A stretch of 64,000 nt of DNA. Source: Thermoproteota archaeon. GTDB taxonomy: Archaea; Thermoproteota; Nitrososphaeria; Nitrososphaerales; Nitrososphaeraceae. Under the pieces are notes generated by a model that had not been told where the DNA came from, searched no databases, and saw nothing but the letters and a program-made list of their open reading frames with translations. The stretch lies in assembly GCA_046724555.1 (NCBI GenBank), contig JBKOWU010000017.1, positions 229-64,228 on the forward strand, written 5' to 3'. Below, piece by piece: positions 38,243-47,656 of this stretch. The stretch's first letter is position 1. Each line of letters starts with the position of its first letter. The position numbers and the translations under genes are program-made.

Positions 38243-39952
38243 ATGGCTTCTGCGGAGCAAATACTGCGTGACGGAGCAACAAGAACACAAGGGGAGCAAG
38301 CTCGTAGATACAATTTTCTTGCAGCTAGACTAATCGCAGATCTTATCAAAAGTTCTTTTGGTCCACGTGGTTTAGAAAAAATATTTATCGACATTTTGGG
38401 AGAAGTTACCTTAACAAAGGATGGAGCAACTCTCTTGCGTAAAATAGACGTTGAACATCCTGCCGCCAAAGTAATAATAGAAGCATCAAACGCTGTAGAT
38501 AACGAAGTTGGTGATGGTACTACATCCGTAGTAATTTTGGCAGGAGCTCTTATCGAAAAAGCAGAGGAGTTGCTAGATTTGAACATTGGTCCTTCTATAA
38601 TTGCTGATGGATATCTTGAAGGTCTACAAGCGTCGCTAAGAATCCTAGACGGAATATCAAAGACAATAAAAAATACTGACAGACTAGCCATGGAAGCACT
38701 TGTAAATACTTGTCTGGAATCAAAAGCAATATCTTATATTGCGGATAAAAAAAGTTTGATTACAAGGTGTATAGTCGATGCTGTACGCCTTGTTGCAGAC
38801 TTTTCGAATAGCAAAATGGAAATTAATGATATAAAAATTGAAGAAAAAATTGGCAACACCTCTGATATGGAGCTTATTGAAGGTGTAGTTCTTGATAAGA
38901 CGATAGACAATTCTGCAATGGCCAGGGTTACCAATAATGCCAAAATACTTCTAATAAACGAAGAACTTGAACGTAAAAGGACAAAAGCAGAAGCAGAGAT
39001 CCAAATTAGTTCGCCTGACCAACTGAGTTTGTATTTTGATAATGAGTCGTTGGCTATTAGATTGAAGGTTGAGAATATTATAAATTCAGGAGCCAACGTC
39101 GTAATTTCACAACGAGGAATAGGTAATTTAGCACAATCTCATTTAACCAATGCAGGAATTGTTTCGGTCAGAAGGGTAAAAGAGATTGATATGCTATGGA
39201 TTGAAAAGTCTACTGGCGCCAAGACAATCAACGATCTGAGTAATATAGCAAAAAGCGATCTTGGATTTGCTGGTATTGTCTCAGAAAAAATTATCGGAGA
39301 TGACAAGATGGTATTTATCGAAGAATGCAAGAACCCCAAATCTGTAACGCTCTTACTTCGAGCCAATTCAAAAAGACTCTTAGACGAGTACCATCGATCT
39401 GTTTTGGATGGAATATCAGTGCTAAATGATTTTATTGCAAAGCCAACAGTTGTTGCAGGTGGTGGATCGGCCGAGGCCATTATTGCATCTAGGATGAGAC
39501 GAAATGCATATTCGATCGGCAGTAGAAAGCAAATTGTACTTCTGAAGTTTGCTGATGCTCTCGAAGAAATTCCTTTGACTATTGCAAGAAATGCAGGTAT
39601 GAATGAAATAGATACTCTTACACAACTTAGACTAAAATATGCTGATAAGGTCCCCTCTAAAAATTATAAGTTAAATTGGTATGGGGTTAACCCAATAGAA
39701 CGGAAAATAGAGGAAATGCTGTCCAATAAGATCATTGAACCATCCATTGTAAAAGAACAAGTCCTGAAGACAGCAGTAGAAGTTACCAATCTTTTGGTTC
39801 GTGTAGATGATGTTTTGATGGCAAAGCCTACTATGCAAACTCACACTCACGATGATGGTACGAGGCATTCGCATGCTGGAGGCGACAAGAAGCATGATCA
39901 TTATTTCGATAGGTTAGGAAAAAAACAACGTCCTATGCATCACTATTATTAG
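38243..39952 (+). CDS. ths: thermosome subunit (group II chaperonin) with His-rich C-terminal tail
   Basis: Contains GPRGLEKI, LTKDGATLLRKIDVEHPAAK, NEVGDGTTSVVILAG and VVAGGGSAEA. The tail THTHDDGTRHSHAGGDKKHDHY...MHHYY replaces the usual Gly/Met-rich end. Confidence 0.93.
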   Translation: MASAEQILRDGATRTQGEQARRYNFLAARLIADLIKSSFGPRGLEKIFIDILGEVTLTKDGATLLRKIDVEHPAAKVIIEASNAVDNEVGDGTTSVVILAGALIEKAEELLDLNIGPSIIADGYLEGLQASLRILDGISKTIKNTDRLAMEALVNTCLESKAISYIADKKSLITRCIVDAVRLVADFSNSKMEINDIKIEEKIGNTSDMELIEGVVLDKTIDNSAMARVTNNAKILLINEELERKRTKAEAEIQISSPDQLSLYFDNESLAIRLKVENIINSGANVVISQRGIGNLAQSHLTNAGIVSVRRVKEIDMLWIEKSTGAKTINDLSNIAKSDLGFAGIVSEKIIGDDKMVFIEECKNPKSVTLLLRANSKRLLDEYHRSVLDGISVLNDFIAKPTVVAGGGSAEAIIASRMRRNAYSIGSRKQIVLLKFADALEEIPLTIARNAGMNEIDTLTQLRLKYADKVPSKNYKLNWYGVNPIERKIEEMLSNKIIEPSIVKEQVLKTAVEVTNLLVRVDDVLMAKPTMQTHTHDDGTRHSHAGGDKKHDHYFDRLGKKQRPMHHYY

Positions 39953-40181
39953 TTATCTCAGCTTAACACTAAGCCATGATAACAATGATAGTACTACTCC
40001 ATACTGATAGTGTCACAGTCAGTATAGCTGCTATCGTAGTTATCAGCTGTTATTATGATAACTATTACTGTAGTCCAGATAGAAAAAGAAGAGGACAAGT
40101 TGCAAATGTCGTACTATGCATTTACGGTTTTACCAACTGAAGGTTTCTTCTTCGGTTGTTCTTTATCTTGTGTGTATTTTA

Positions 40182-40586
40182 TCAGCCTTGTGGTAATAAT
40201 ACGTATTTGCATGGAGGGAAAGGACAATCAATATTTATCATCTCTTTTCGCACACTGTTATTATTATTATCAATTCTTATTTCAAACGTAATCTTCTTTA
40301 GACATTCTGGTACTCCTATCATAACCTGATCGACTGAGAGGACTTTTCTAGCATTACCTTTAATGCTTTTTATTGGTTTGTTGGCACGCAACTGCTCAAC
40401 TACGTATGCCAAGTAAATCATCAGACACTCATGAATGTTAATTCTAAGATTTTTAGAAAGCCTTTGCCTAATCATTTCTATAGCTTCAAAAAATATTGAT
40501 TCATCAGATTCGTCAGCATATTCAAAATGTCTTGTAAAAGGAGGGATATCGTCCTCTCCTTTGATTAGTGCTTTAACATAGATCAT
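40182..40586 (-). CDS. urease gamma subunit (UreA)-like protein, orphan, with N- and C-terminal extensions
   Basis: QRLSKNLRINIHECLMIYLAYVVEQLRANKPIKSIKGNARKVLSVDQVMIGVPECLKKITFEIRID...INIDCP aligns by eye with the UreA consensus RRLARGLKLNYPE.VALIS..I.EGARDGK.V..LM..G..VLT.EQVMEGVPEMI..IQVEATFPDG.KLVTVH.P. Its ATG overlaps the upstream gene's TGA (ATGA at 40586..40583). Confidence 0.7.
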   Translation of the reverse strand: MIYVKALIKGEDDIPPFTRHFEYADESDESIFFEAIEMIRQRLSKNLRINIHECLMIYLAYVVEQLRANKPIKSIKGNARKVLSVDQVMIGVPECLKKITFEIRIDNNNNSVRKEMINIDCPFPPCKYVLLPQG

Positions 40587-41704
40587 TTTTGTCTTTTGGG
40601 CGGCTTGGCTTTCGGACCTTTACCAAAGTCGTAAGTATGTCCTGTTCCTCTGTAAAATTTGGGTCTTACAGGCTTGCCCTCCATTTGTCCCTTCTTTGTT
40701 AAAGACAGTCCGGCCAACAACTCAATAATGAGTCTATTAGCTAACCCTGAGGTGATTCCACCGTTGTAAGAATTTTGATCGCTAACATCGTAGTTCGGTG
40801 CAACTTCGACAAGATCGAAAGCAAATCTATCAGGATCGAATGATGTAGACAGCAGTCGCATTAATTTCATTCCTTCTCTAGAAGTTAATCCATTTGGCTC
40901 CGGCTCACCTGTACCAGGGGCATATGCAGGATCAAAGGTGTCTATATCCCAACTTATATAAACTGCATCCACATTGTCATTTGCCCGGTCCGCAGCTTCC
41001 TTTGCAATTTGGTCAATTCCTAATTCCTCTACGTCAAGCATAGTGAACCACTGGAAGTCCTGATCTGCCATCCATTTGTACAAATCTGGACCCGGCCAAT
41101 AGCCACGTGGGCCAATGAGTGTATAATTTTTGCCCTTAAGACAACCCAACTCCATAATCCTTCGAATATGAGCACCATGATCGTATTTGAAACCACACAA
41201 TCCTTGCGGAGCACAATCGGCATGAGTGTCAATATGTATCATCCCAATATTCTTATACTTTTTAGCAAATGCTCTAACATTTGCGAATGTAATAGAATGA
41301 TCGCCGCCAAGCATAACTGGAATGCCGTCAATATCAAGCACCTCTTTTACTTTTTTTGTCATTCTGGTGTGGGATTCTATAACATCACCCGGAGATACGA
41401 CTACATCTCCATAATCAACGGTCCGAAAAACTCCGAACGGATCCACACCGGTTTCAATATTAAAGTGCTCATAGGGTGGAGAGGGCACCGTTGATGCTGC
41501 TCTTATTGCTCTTGGCCCATATCTTGCTCCGGGACGAATAGTAGTACCAAAGTCAAATGGCTCGCCAATTACAGCCACGTCTGGTTTAACTCTCTTTAAT
41601 TCTTCAACGGTTCTAAGCCATGGTAATTTAAGAAATGTTGGTATGCCTACGAAAATCGGTTCGTCGTTGCTTTTATAAGAATCACCATAAAATTCCATTC
41701 CCAT
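40583..41704 (-). CDS. arginase-family ureohydrolase (agmatinase / guanidino-acid hydrolase-like)
   Basis: The metal-ligand motifs are intact: GGDHSIT, HIDTHADC, SWDIDTFDP and DLVEVAPNYD. A basic C-terminal extension follows (GKGPKAKPPKRQK). Confidence 0.88.
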   Translation of the reverse strand: MGMEFYGDSYKSNDEPIFVGIPTFLKLPWLRTVEELKRVKPDVAVIGEPFDFGTTIRPGARYGPRAIRAASTVPSPPYEHFNIETGVDPFGVFRTVDYGDVVVSPGDVIESHTRMTKKVKEVLDIDGIPVMLGGDHSITFANVRAFAKKYKNIGMIHIDTHADCAPQGLCGFKYDHGAHIRRIMELGCLKGKNYTLIGPRGYWPGPDLYKWMADQDFQWFTMLDVEELGIDQIAKEAADRANDNVDAVYISWDIDTFDPAYAPGTGEPEPNGLTSREGMKLMRLLSTSFDPDRFAFDLVEVAPNYDVSDQNSYNGGITSGLANRLIIELLAGLSLTKKGQMEGKPVRPKFYRGTGHTYDFGKGPKAKPPKRQK

Positions 41705-41754
41705 AGTATATCTACTCTAATTAAAGATAACACGTGTTTCTTAAATATTGCTAG

Positions 41755-41768
41755 GTAATTTACGTTTT
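41755..41768 (+). promoter_or_regulatory. copy 1 of 14-nt motif GTAATTTACGTTTT in divergent promoter region
   Basis: Read directly from the sequence. It lies ~50 bp upstream of the ureohydrolase start codon. Confidence 0.45.
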
Positions 41769-41827
41769 CTAGGAAGCAAATTTGGTGTATTATTTCCTCG
41801 TAAACACATTGTAAAAATCTGATTAAG

Positions 41828-41841
41828 GTAATTTACATTTT
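41828..41841 (+). promoter_or_regulatory. copy 2 of motif (GTAATTTACATTTT)
   Basis: Read directly. Same orientation, 73 bp from copy 1, also preceded by G (GGTAATTTAC). Confidence 0.45.
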
Positions 41842-42033
41842 GTTGTATAGAATTGGTAGATAAAAAAATTGCAATAAAATGAATTGCTATGTACTAACTC
41901 CTAGAGTTTTTCTTTTCAAAATTCCAATTGTAACCTGGGATTATCTGGATACGAGAGTCCATAAGGTAATCATTATTTTTGGAGCTTGAATGAACATGTG
42001 TAAACTACGCATACTTTTTTTACCTTTCAATAC

Positions 42034-42047
42034 GTAATTTACATTTT
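42034..42047 (+). promoter_or_regulatory. copy 3 of motif (GTAATTTACATTTT)
   Basis: Read directly. It lies ~45 bp upstream of the symporter TTG start, just 5' of an AATATATATA TATA-like tract (42073..42082). Confidence 0.45.
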
Positions 42048-42091
42048 CTATCTTAAACCTTAATAATTAGCCAATATATATACACGCGACA

Positions 42092-43612
42092 TTGGCTGGG
42101 CTAGATGGCTATGGGATAGCCGTTATTGCATTTTTAGCACTTTCGCTTATTGTAGGAACGTTAACATCTAGACTAGTGAAAAAAAGTAGCAAAAGATACA
42201 TGATAGCAGGAAAGAGTCTTCCACTTTTCTTTGTTGGAACTATGCTAGCAGCTCAGTCAATTGACGGAAATTCATCCTTAGGCAATGTCTCGCTTGTTTA
42301 TCAGTTTGGTTTTTGGGCGGGGGCAGCAATTCCTATTGGACTAGGGATATGTCTCGTACTTACAGGTACTATCTATGCAAACAAATTAAACAAAATGGCT
42401 ATGCTTACGTTACCAGACTTTTATTATAGAAGATATGGAAATGGTGCGGAAGGTATTTCGGCGGTCCTGATGATGATAAGTTTTATTGTCCTCGTTGCAG
42501 GGAACTTTGCTGCATCAGGTTTTATTCTCTCATCCGTTTTTCATATTGATTTTATCTGGGCAATGCTTATAGCGGCTATAGTTGTATTAATTTACACATA
42601 CGCAGGAGGTCTTTTCTCCTCTGCATACACTGATATCTTCCAGATCTATCTTGCAATTGGTGCGTTTTGGGCTGCCTTTATTTTCTTTGCAGGTGGTTTC
42701 TCTGGTGTTAATTTTGGCACGATACTTGGAAGTGCTCCTCCAGGATATTTGGATCTATCTGGTTTGACTAACATTGGGAATGGGGCACTCACTAATTGGG
42801 CGTCAATAATGGCATTGGGGTTAGGAGATATTGTCGCATTGGATTTTATGGAACGAGTCTTTGCTGCAAAAGATGGAAAGACTGCAAAGCGAGGTGCATT
42901 AATGGGTGCTGGTTTAACATTTCTAACTGTAATCCCAACGAGTATGATGGGAATAGTCGCGTTATATCTGTTGCCTAAATTAGCCGATCCCTTTACAGCG
43001 TACCCAGACCTGGCCATTAATCACGTGCCTTTTCCTATCGGTGCAGCCTTGCTGATGGGGGTCCTCGGCGCTTCCATGTCCACAGCAAATGGAGGTCTGC
43101 TTGCCATATCCAGTGTAATGTCGAGGAATGTAATACAACGAGACATACTCCGGAGAATGCTAAAAAAACCCGGGCTAGACGACAGGAGGTTGCTGCTTAC
43201 AACTCGTCTGTTCTCTATACCTATGATGATAGCAGCTTTTGTTCTGGGTTATATTATACCTCAACCTGGCGTTTACCTCATTTTAGCTTTTGATATTGTG
43301 TTTGCCGGTGCCTGGGCCCCTTTAACCTTAGGTTTGTTCTGGAAGAAGGCAAACATGCCTGCTGCGCTGGCATCGCTGATAGTCGGATCAGCTATAAGAC
43401 TACTCATGTTCTTTATCATACCTTCAGGGCTAGCGGGGTTGGATACAATGATACCGCCAGTAATATCTACTGCACTGTTTATAGGGGTAGCACTTGCGAC
43501 TCAAAATAAATATCCTGGTAGGCCAGGTGTAATTAATTACGTCCCTCCAGAAGAAGATGTAATCAGAGGACAAGACCTTAAAGGATATGCAGATAATAGA
43601 GCATATAAATAG
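42092..43612 (+). CDS. sodium:solute symporter (SSS) family transporter
   Basis: A 506-aa ORF with ~13 hydrophobic segments. N-terminal YMIAGKSLPLFFVGTMLAAQSIDGNSSLG and mid-protein motifs are typical of SSS (PutP/PanF/DUR3 superfamily). The start is TTG. Confidence 0.85.
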   Translation: MAGLDGYGIAVIAFLALSLIVGTLTSRLVKKSSKRYMIAGKSLPLFFVGTMLAAQSIDGNSSLGNVSLVYQFGFWAGAAIPIGLGICLVLTGTIYANKLNKMAMLTLPDFYYRRYGNGAEGISAVLMMISFIVLVAGNFAASGFILSSVFHIDFIWAMLIAAIVVLIYTYAGGLFSSAYTDIFQIYLAIGAFWAAFIFFAGGFSGVNFGTILGSAPPGYLDLSGLTNIGNGALTNWASIMALGLGDIVALDFMERVFAAKDGKTAKRGALMGAGLTFLTVIPTSMMGIVALYLLPKLADPFTAYPDLAINHVPFPIGAALLMGVLGASMSTANGGLLAISSVMSRNVIQRDILRRMLKKPGLDDRRLLLTTRLFSIPMMIAAFVLGYIIPQPGVYLILAFDIVFAGAWAPLTLGLFWKKANMPAALASLIVGSAIRLLMFFIIPSGLAGLDTMIPPVISTALFIGVALATQNKYPGRPGVINYVPPEEDVIRGQDLKGYADNRAYK

Positions 43613-43723
43613 TAAGTTAATGAAGATCTCATCTTGCATTTAAAAAAACTAAATAACAATACTCGTAACGACAAACTCTATGCCAACTAGGGGGTATTCT
43701 ACGATTGGCCTTTCTTACAAGCC

Positions 43724-43900
43724 ATGAATGAGATAAAGCGTGGTTATTACGAAGTTGGAATATATAATGTAAAGTTAGACTTTTCAGGACAATATACATC
43801 ATTGACTCCGAGATCAGACGTAAAGACATGGCTAGAGGATAATCATAAGAAATTGGCAGGTGAATATGAGGGAAAATATAAAATAAGAAGTTTCGCGTAG
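43724..43900 (+). CDS. 58-aa hypothetical protein (below ORF-track cutoff)
   Basis: ATG..TAG frame MNEIKRGYYEVGIYNVKLDFSGQYTSLTPRSDVKTWLEDNHKKLAGEYEGKYKIRSFA. It looks more protein-like than the listed antisense ORF 43629..43829. Confidence 0.3.
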   Translation: MNEIKRGYYEVGIYNVKLDFSGQYTSLTPRSDVKTWLEDNHKKLAGEYEGKYKIRSFA

Positions 43901-44230
43901 TTTGCGTGAGTATTCATGCTCAATATGTTTGAATCCAAGCCTGCTACTCGAAATTATGTTATCCAACTAAAAGAATCTGATTTCCATTGGCTTGAAGATG
44001 AGTATAAAAAGAGGAAACAACAATAGAAGGGACTTAATTATGTTTGTTAGTTCAAACAATTCGCCAGTATTTTTTGAAAAGAGTTATTAGAAAGGATTAA
44101 TACAGCAAAAAAAATTCTGACTTTGTAGCGTTATTGATGCTTGTTATTACTCAAAATGAAATATCAAAAATATCTTTGTATTATACATCTGATTAGTATG
44201 CTATATATGTTTGATATCAATAAGAGTATT

Positions 44231-44722
44231 TTAACGCATTACTAGAACAGGGCATTTGGAATTCTTAACTACTCCGTCGGCTACACTCCCACCAATTATC
44301 AAGTATTTTTTAGATAAATCTCCTCCACCGATGACAATAATATCAACATCGTTTTTGTTAGCATATTGAGTTATATCTTTGACCACCGACCTCCCATGTG
44401 AATATATTATCTCACCTTTCATATTTACGCCTCTTTTCTTGGCTTCTTCTTCCACTGGTCTCATTACTTGTTCCGCGGAATCCTTCTTTGTTTTTCTGAA
44501 TCCTTCAACCATCTTCACATCTCCATATTTTGCCCGTAGAGCTATAGCACCTCCTCCTTTTACATCCTCCACAATATGGAGTACAACTAATTCCTTAGCG
44601 TTCTCTATCTCTGCAAGATGTATAGCGTAATTGGCTGCTTTCCTAGATAGTGAAGTCGTATCAATAGGAACAAGTATCTTGTCAATAGACAGAAGTGTTG
44701 TATTATTGCCGTTCTTGTTCAT
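44231..44722 (-). CDS. universal stress protein (UspA family)
   Basis: KILVPIDTTSLSRKAANYAIHLA ... DIIVIGGGDLSKKYLIIGGSVADGVVKNSKCPVLVM. Confidence 0.85.
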   Translation of the reverse strand: MNKNGNNTTLLSIDKILVPIDTTSLSRKAANYAIHLAEIENAKELVVLHIVEDVKGGGAIALRAKYGDVKMVEGFRKTKKDSAEQVMRPVEEEAKKRGVNMKGEIIYSHGRSVVKDITQYANKNDVDIIVIGGGDLSKKYLIIGGSVADGVVKNSKCPVLVMR

Positions 44723-44979
44723 TTATGTATGTTCCTGTATAATAACCCAAGTTTATAAAAAGTTTCATGCTTTCAAAAACGCACACATATTCATAATATC
44801 GAAATATGCAGGCTATCAGTTATATTCTCACTCTGCTCAGAATAACTATTGAAAGATACTACTTTAAGGATTATTGGGTAGTCATATATGTTGAATCTAT
44901 CCTATCCACTTTGCTTATGAGCATAATTCCGTGCTGGACAAGTTAAGAAAAATCTGCTCATGAGTATTATTCGTTCATT

Positions 44980-45357
44980 TTAGTCGACGACCTGTATATG
45001 TCTACCGCCGACTTGATCGACCATGTAGAATTCATTATCTATTTGAATAATGTCTCCCACATCTATCTTCTGATGGCTCCTTTTATGTCTCAAAGGAATG
45101 CCAAACGGATTTTCTTCATTTCTAAATTTTAGCCATATTCTTCCTACGTTTAATATGTTCTTAAACTCAGATTCCCACACTAATTGATACATTGTAAACA
45201 TCGCCTGTCTGCTTATTTTATTATATCTTAAAATGCTTAGTTTGGCATCAACAGGTTCACTACAGAAATATACTCTTACCCGCATGGGTTTCCACACACG
45301 AGTTTTATAATGAGATAGCCCAAAGATTAATTCTTCGATATGTTGTAACAATCCCAC
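44980..45357 (-). CDS. hypothetical protein
   Basis: A 125-aa ORF with a GTG start. No family recognised. A 49-codon ATG frame overlaps its 5' end in another frame, so the 5' end is uncertain. Confidence 0.4.
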   Translation of the reverse strand: MGLLQHIEELIFGLSHYKTRVWKPMRVRVYFCSEPVDAKLSILRYNKISRQAMFTMYQLVWESEFKNILNVGRIWLKFRNEENPFGIPLRHKRSHQKIDVGDIIQIDNEFYMVDQVGGRHIQVVD

Positions 45358-45650
45358 ATTTGGTTGTGTATATACTGTTGCTGGTGTAGATCAATTCCTT
45401 CTCGCGTTCCAAGATCCATTTGATTTAAGAGCATTAGAGCTATTTGTTGCTCGTTAAAATAAGATGTTCTTTTCATTTTTTATTGAGCTCGGTGATACAG
45501 CAATAGAGACCGGTAATAATTTGTCTATACTTAAATTATTGAGGATTTTCTGGCATCTTAATCTTATTATCTGCGAACACGAACGTTTTCGTTCTATGTC
45601 TTAGTACTATTGTTGTGTTAGCTATTGAATGATTCCCATTCTTGATCGAA

Positions 45651-46592
45651 TCAGCCGTACATTATACCTTGCCTAACGTGCGTTTCCCCCTGCGCTTGCT
45701 GTTGTTGTTGTTGCTGCTGCTGATATTGCTGCGCTTGCTGTTCGCGTATTGATCGCATTATTTCTTCCATCCTACGTTTTACGTTCGCTCCTTGTTCTCT
45801 AAGTTGTTGGGTATCTATTTTCAAAGTTTGATCATTTGTTGTCTTAGCAACTGATTCTAATAGAATTGCAGCTCCTTCTGGATCGGGTATCCCACTGCTT
45901 GCAAGTACAAGCAGAGCCTTACATGCAATACCATTCGATAGACAGGCAGATAGCAATCCTCCAGCTATTCCTCCGATAAATGCAGTATTAGCATAAAACG
46001 GTCCGCTATCTGCTCCTTCTTGTTGATTTTTATTAGCAATATTAATGCTGCCGTCATCATGAAGCAGATTAGCGGCATCTGCTGATTTGCCATCGCTTGA
46101 CAATATCATAGGCGTTCTTTTTGAATCAGGCAAACCTTCTACTGCGATACCGTCTAGTACCACAACCTCCTTTACTCTGTTATCCAAGCCCCACTTCATG
46201 ACTGTGTTTAGAACAGAGTACATTCCTTGAATCATGATAGGAGCTTCGCAAACTAATACACAAACATTTCCTTCCTTATTTGAATACAAACGAAACGGAT
46301 GCCTGAGTTTTCCTCCAACATAAATGACACCCGGTGCTATATGCTCTGATTCGACACAGGCTATCTGATACATATCCAACTTGTCTATGATATAGCTTGT
46401 GCTTATTGATCCTACCAAGCCCGGGCCCGGAAAACCAGCAATTAGAATAGGGGCATTCAACTTCTTGTTCCTTTGTATGACTTTAGATAATGGCTTTACC
46501 CTAGTTTTGCTTTCAAAGATGCGATCGTTGTCTATATCCCTATGAGCTGTAGCAATTGTTTTTCCTGCGATTCTAGTTATTTGTCTTGCCAA
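45651..46592 (-). CDS. PAC2-family (proteasome assembly chaperone-like) protein with poly-Gln tail
   Basis: PILIAGFPGPGLVGSISTSYIIDKL near the N-terminus is typical of archaeal PAC2 proteins. The C-terminus has QQAQQYQQQQQQQQQAQ. Confidence 0.7.
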   Translation of the reverse strand: MARQITRIAGKTIATAHRDIDNDRIFESKTRVKPLSKVIQRNKKLNAPILIAGFPGPGLVGSISTSYIIDKLDMYQIACVESEHIAPGVIYVGGKLRHPFRLYSNKEGNVCVLVCEAPIMIQGMYSVLNTVMKWGLDNRVKEVVVLDGIAVEGLPDSKRTPMILSSDGKSADAANLLHDDGSINIANKNQQEGADSGPFYANTAFIGGIAGGLLSACLSNGIACKALLVLASSGIPDPEGAAILLESVAKTTNDQTLKIDTQQLREQGANVKRRMEEIMRSIREQQAQQYQQQQQQQQQAQGETHVRQGIMYG

Positions 46593-47023
46593 TACTGAAA
46601 TTTATTGTGATTAATAACATAAAGACCTTGCCATTAGTCATGGTGTATCGTTTTATTATTATTAATTATCATCCTCGTCATTATTATCATTGTAATCATA
46701 AGCTATAGTATCAAAGTTTCTTGTCTGCTAGCATATCTGCAGAATAATATAAGATTGGCTATAGATATCTATGGTGTTAATATTTTAGCTATCCATTTGT
46801 TTGAGCATCTGTGCATATAAGTATGATATAGCTAGCTTAACGTACTAATAATACTCTGTATGGGACAATATTATTGTATAGTGTTTTGTATTATGTATTC
46901 TGATCGGTTTCATCCTCCTCATAGTCGTCATCATCTTCCTCTAACTTTGGATACCATTAGAATTTAGTTTGCTTTGATGACTCCAGTTTCTTTTTACTAG
47001 GTTACAGTAGATGATCCCATCTT

Positions 47024-47239
47024 CTACTGAGGCGAATTGCTATCGCCATTACAAGGACTCTTGGCTCCTATCTGACAAATTCCCATTTGTTTGACATTAG
47101 TCTCGTTACCAGTGCTGTTAGTATCAGACGAAGAATTAGAAGGTGATGGTTGTGCGTTAGCTTGCATTGCAGATATCGTTAATGAAACTACGCTTAGCGC
47201 GATAGCCGAAATCAAAAACACGAATAGCGTTCCCATCAT
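47024..47239 (-). CDS. small secreted Ser/Asn-rich protein (putative)
   Basis: Has the signal peptide MMGTLFVFLISAIALSVVSLTISAMQANA and a short Cys-containing tail. Confidence 0.4.
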   Translation of the reverse strand: MMGTLFVFLISAIALSVVSLTISAMQANAQPSPSNSSSDTNSTGNETNVKQMGICQIGAKSPCNGDSNSPQ

Positions 47240-47656
47240 TTGTTATATGGGCTTGTGGGCAATAAACAGTTCAAACGATTCATAGCGAAATTTTGTACTA
47301 ACTATCTGCTATCACATTAGTTATAGTAGAAGATGATGACCTATACATATTCCAGAACACACGAGGCATTTCGATATTTGTCATCGCAAAAATCAAAAAT
47401 CCTTGGCCCCATTGGGATAGCCCAGGCCATCTGATGTTACCAGACTATCTTTGAAGTTTTATCACTTTAGAGCTAACTGATCAAGGTCAATTAATCCGTA
47501 CGCTTAGTTATAGAATCTATGGAACTAATTTCTGAATTCCTGTGGTTACTGACCAGACCTAAAGTTGCAACCAATTGCAGCCATCTCCTCCCATCGTATG
47601 GTAAAACAACTTTTTAATATTAGAATAATTTCACCAAAGTGACTAGTTGATCTAAA

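Noticed and set aside
38224-39901. Chain of minus-strand ORFs (38224..38691, 38734..39096, 39139..39480, 39422..39625, 39671..39901) antisense to the thermosome gene.
   Set aside because: The plus-strand frame carries unmistakable chaperonin motifs along its whole length. The antisense frames are Ser/Ile/Leu-rich shadows typical of long genes.
40055-40291. Plus-strand ORF overlapping the 3' end of the UreA-like gene.
   Set aside because: It is a hydrophobic, low-complexity product with no ribosome-binding or promoter context. The opposite strand has the family-supported gene.
40182-40586. UreA-like gene taken as evidence for a urease operon.
   Set aside because: No ureB, ureC or accessory genes flank it. 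Its only tight partner is an arginase-family gene, so it is reported as an orphan UreA-like protein rather than as urease.
46974-47030. Possible C/D-box sRNA on the plus strand: TTGATGA, 12 nt, ..., TAGATGA, 12 nt (TCCCATCTTCTA), then CTGA, about 57 nt in total.
   Set aside because: The C'/guide/D half has ideal spacing. However, the D' box is not recognisable (TTTA), the terminal stem is weak, and the element overlaps the stop of ORF 47024..47239. In AT-rich DNA such box-like strings arise by chance. It would need an rRNA/tRNA target match or RNA-seq support.
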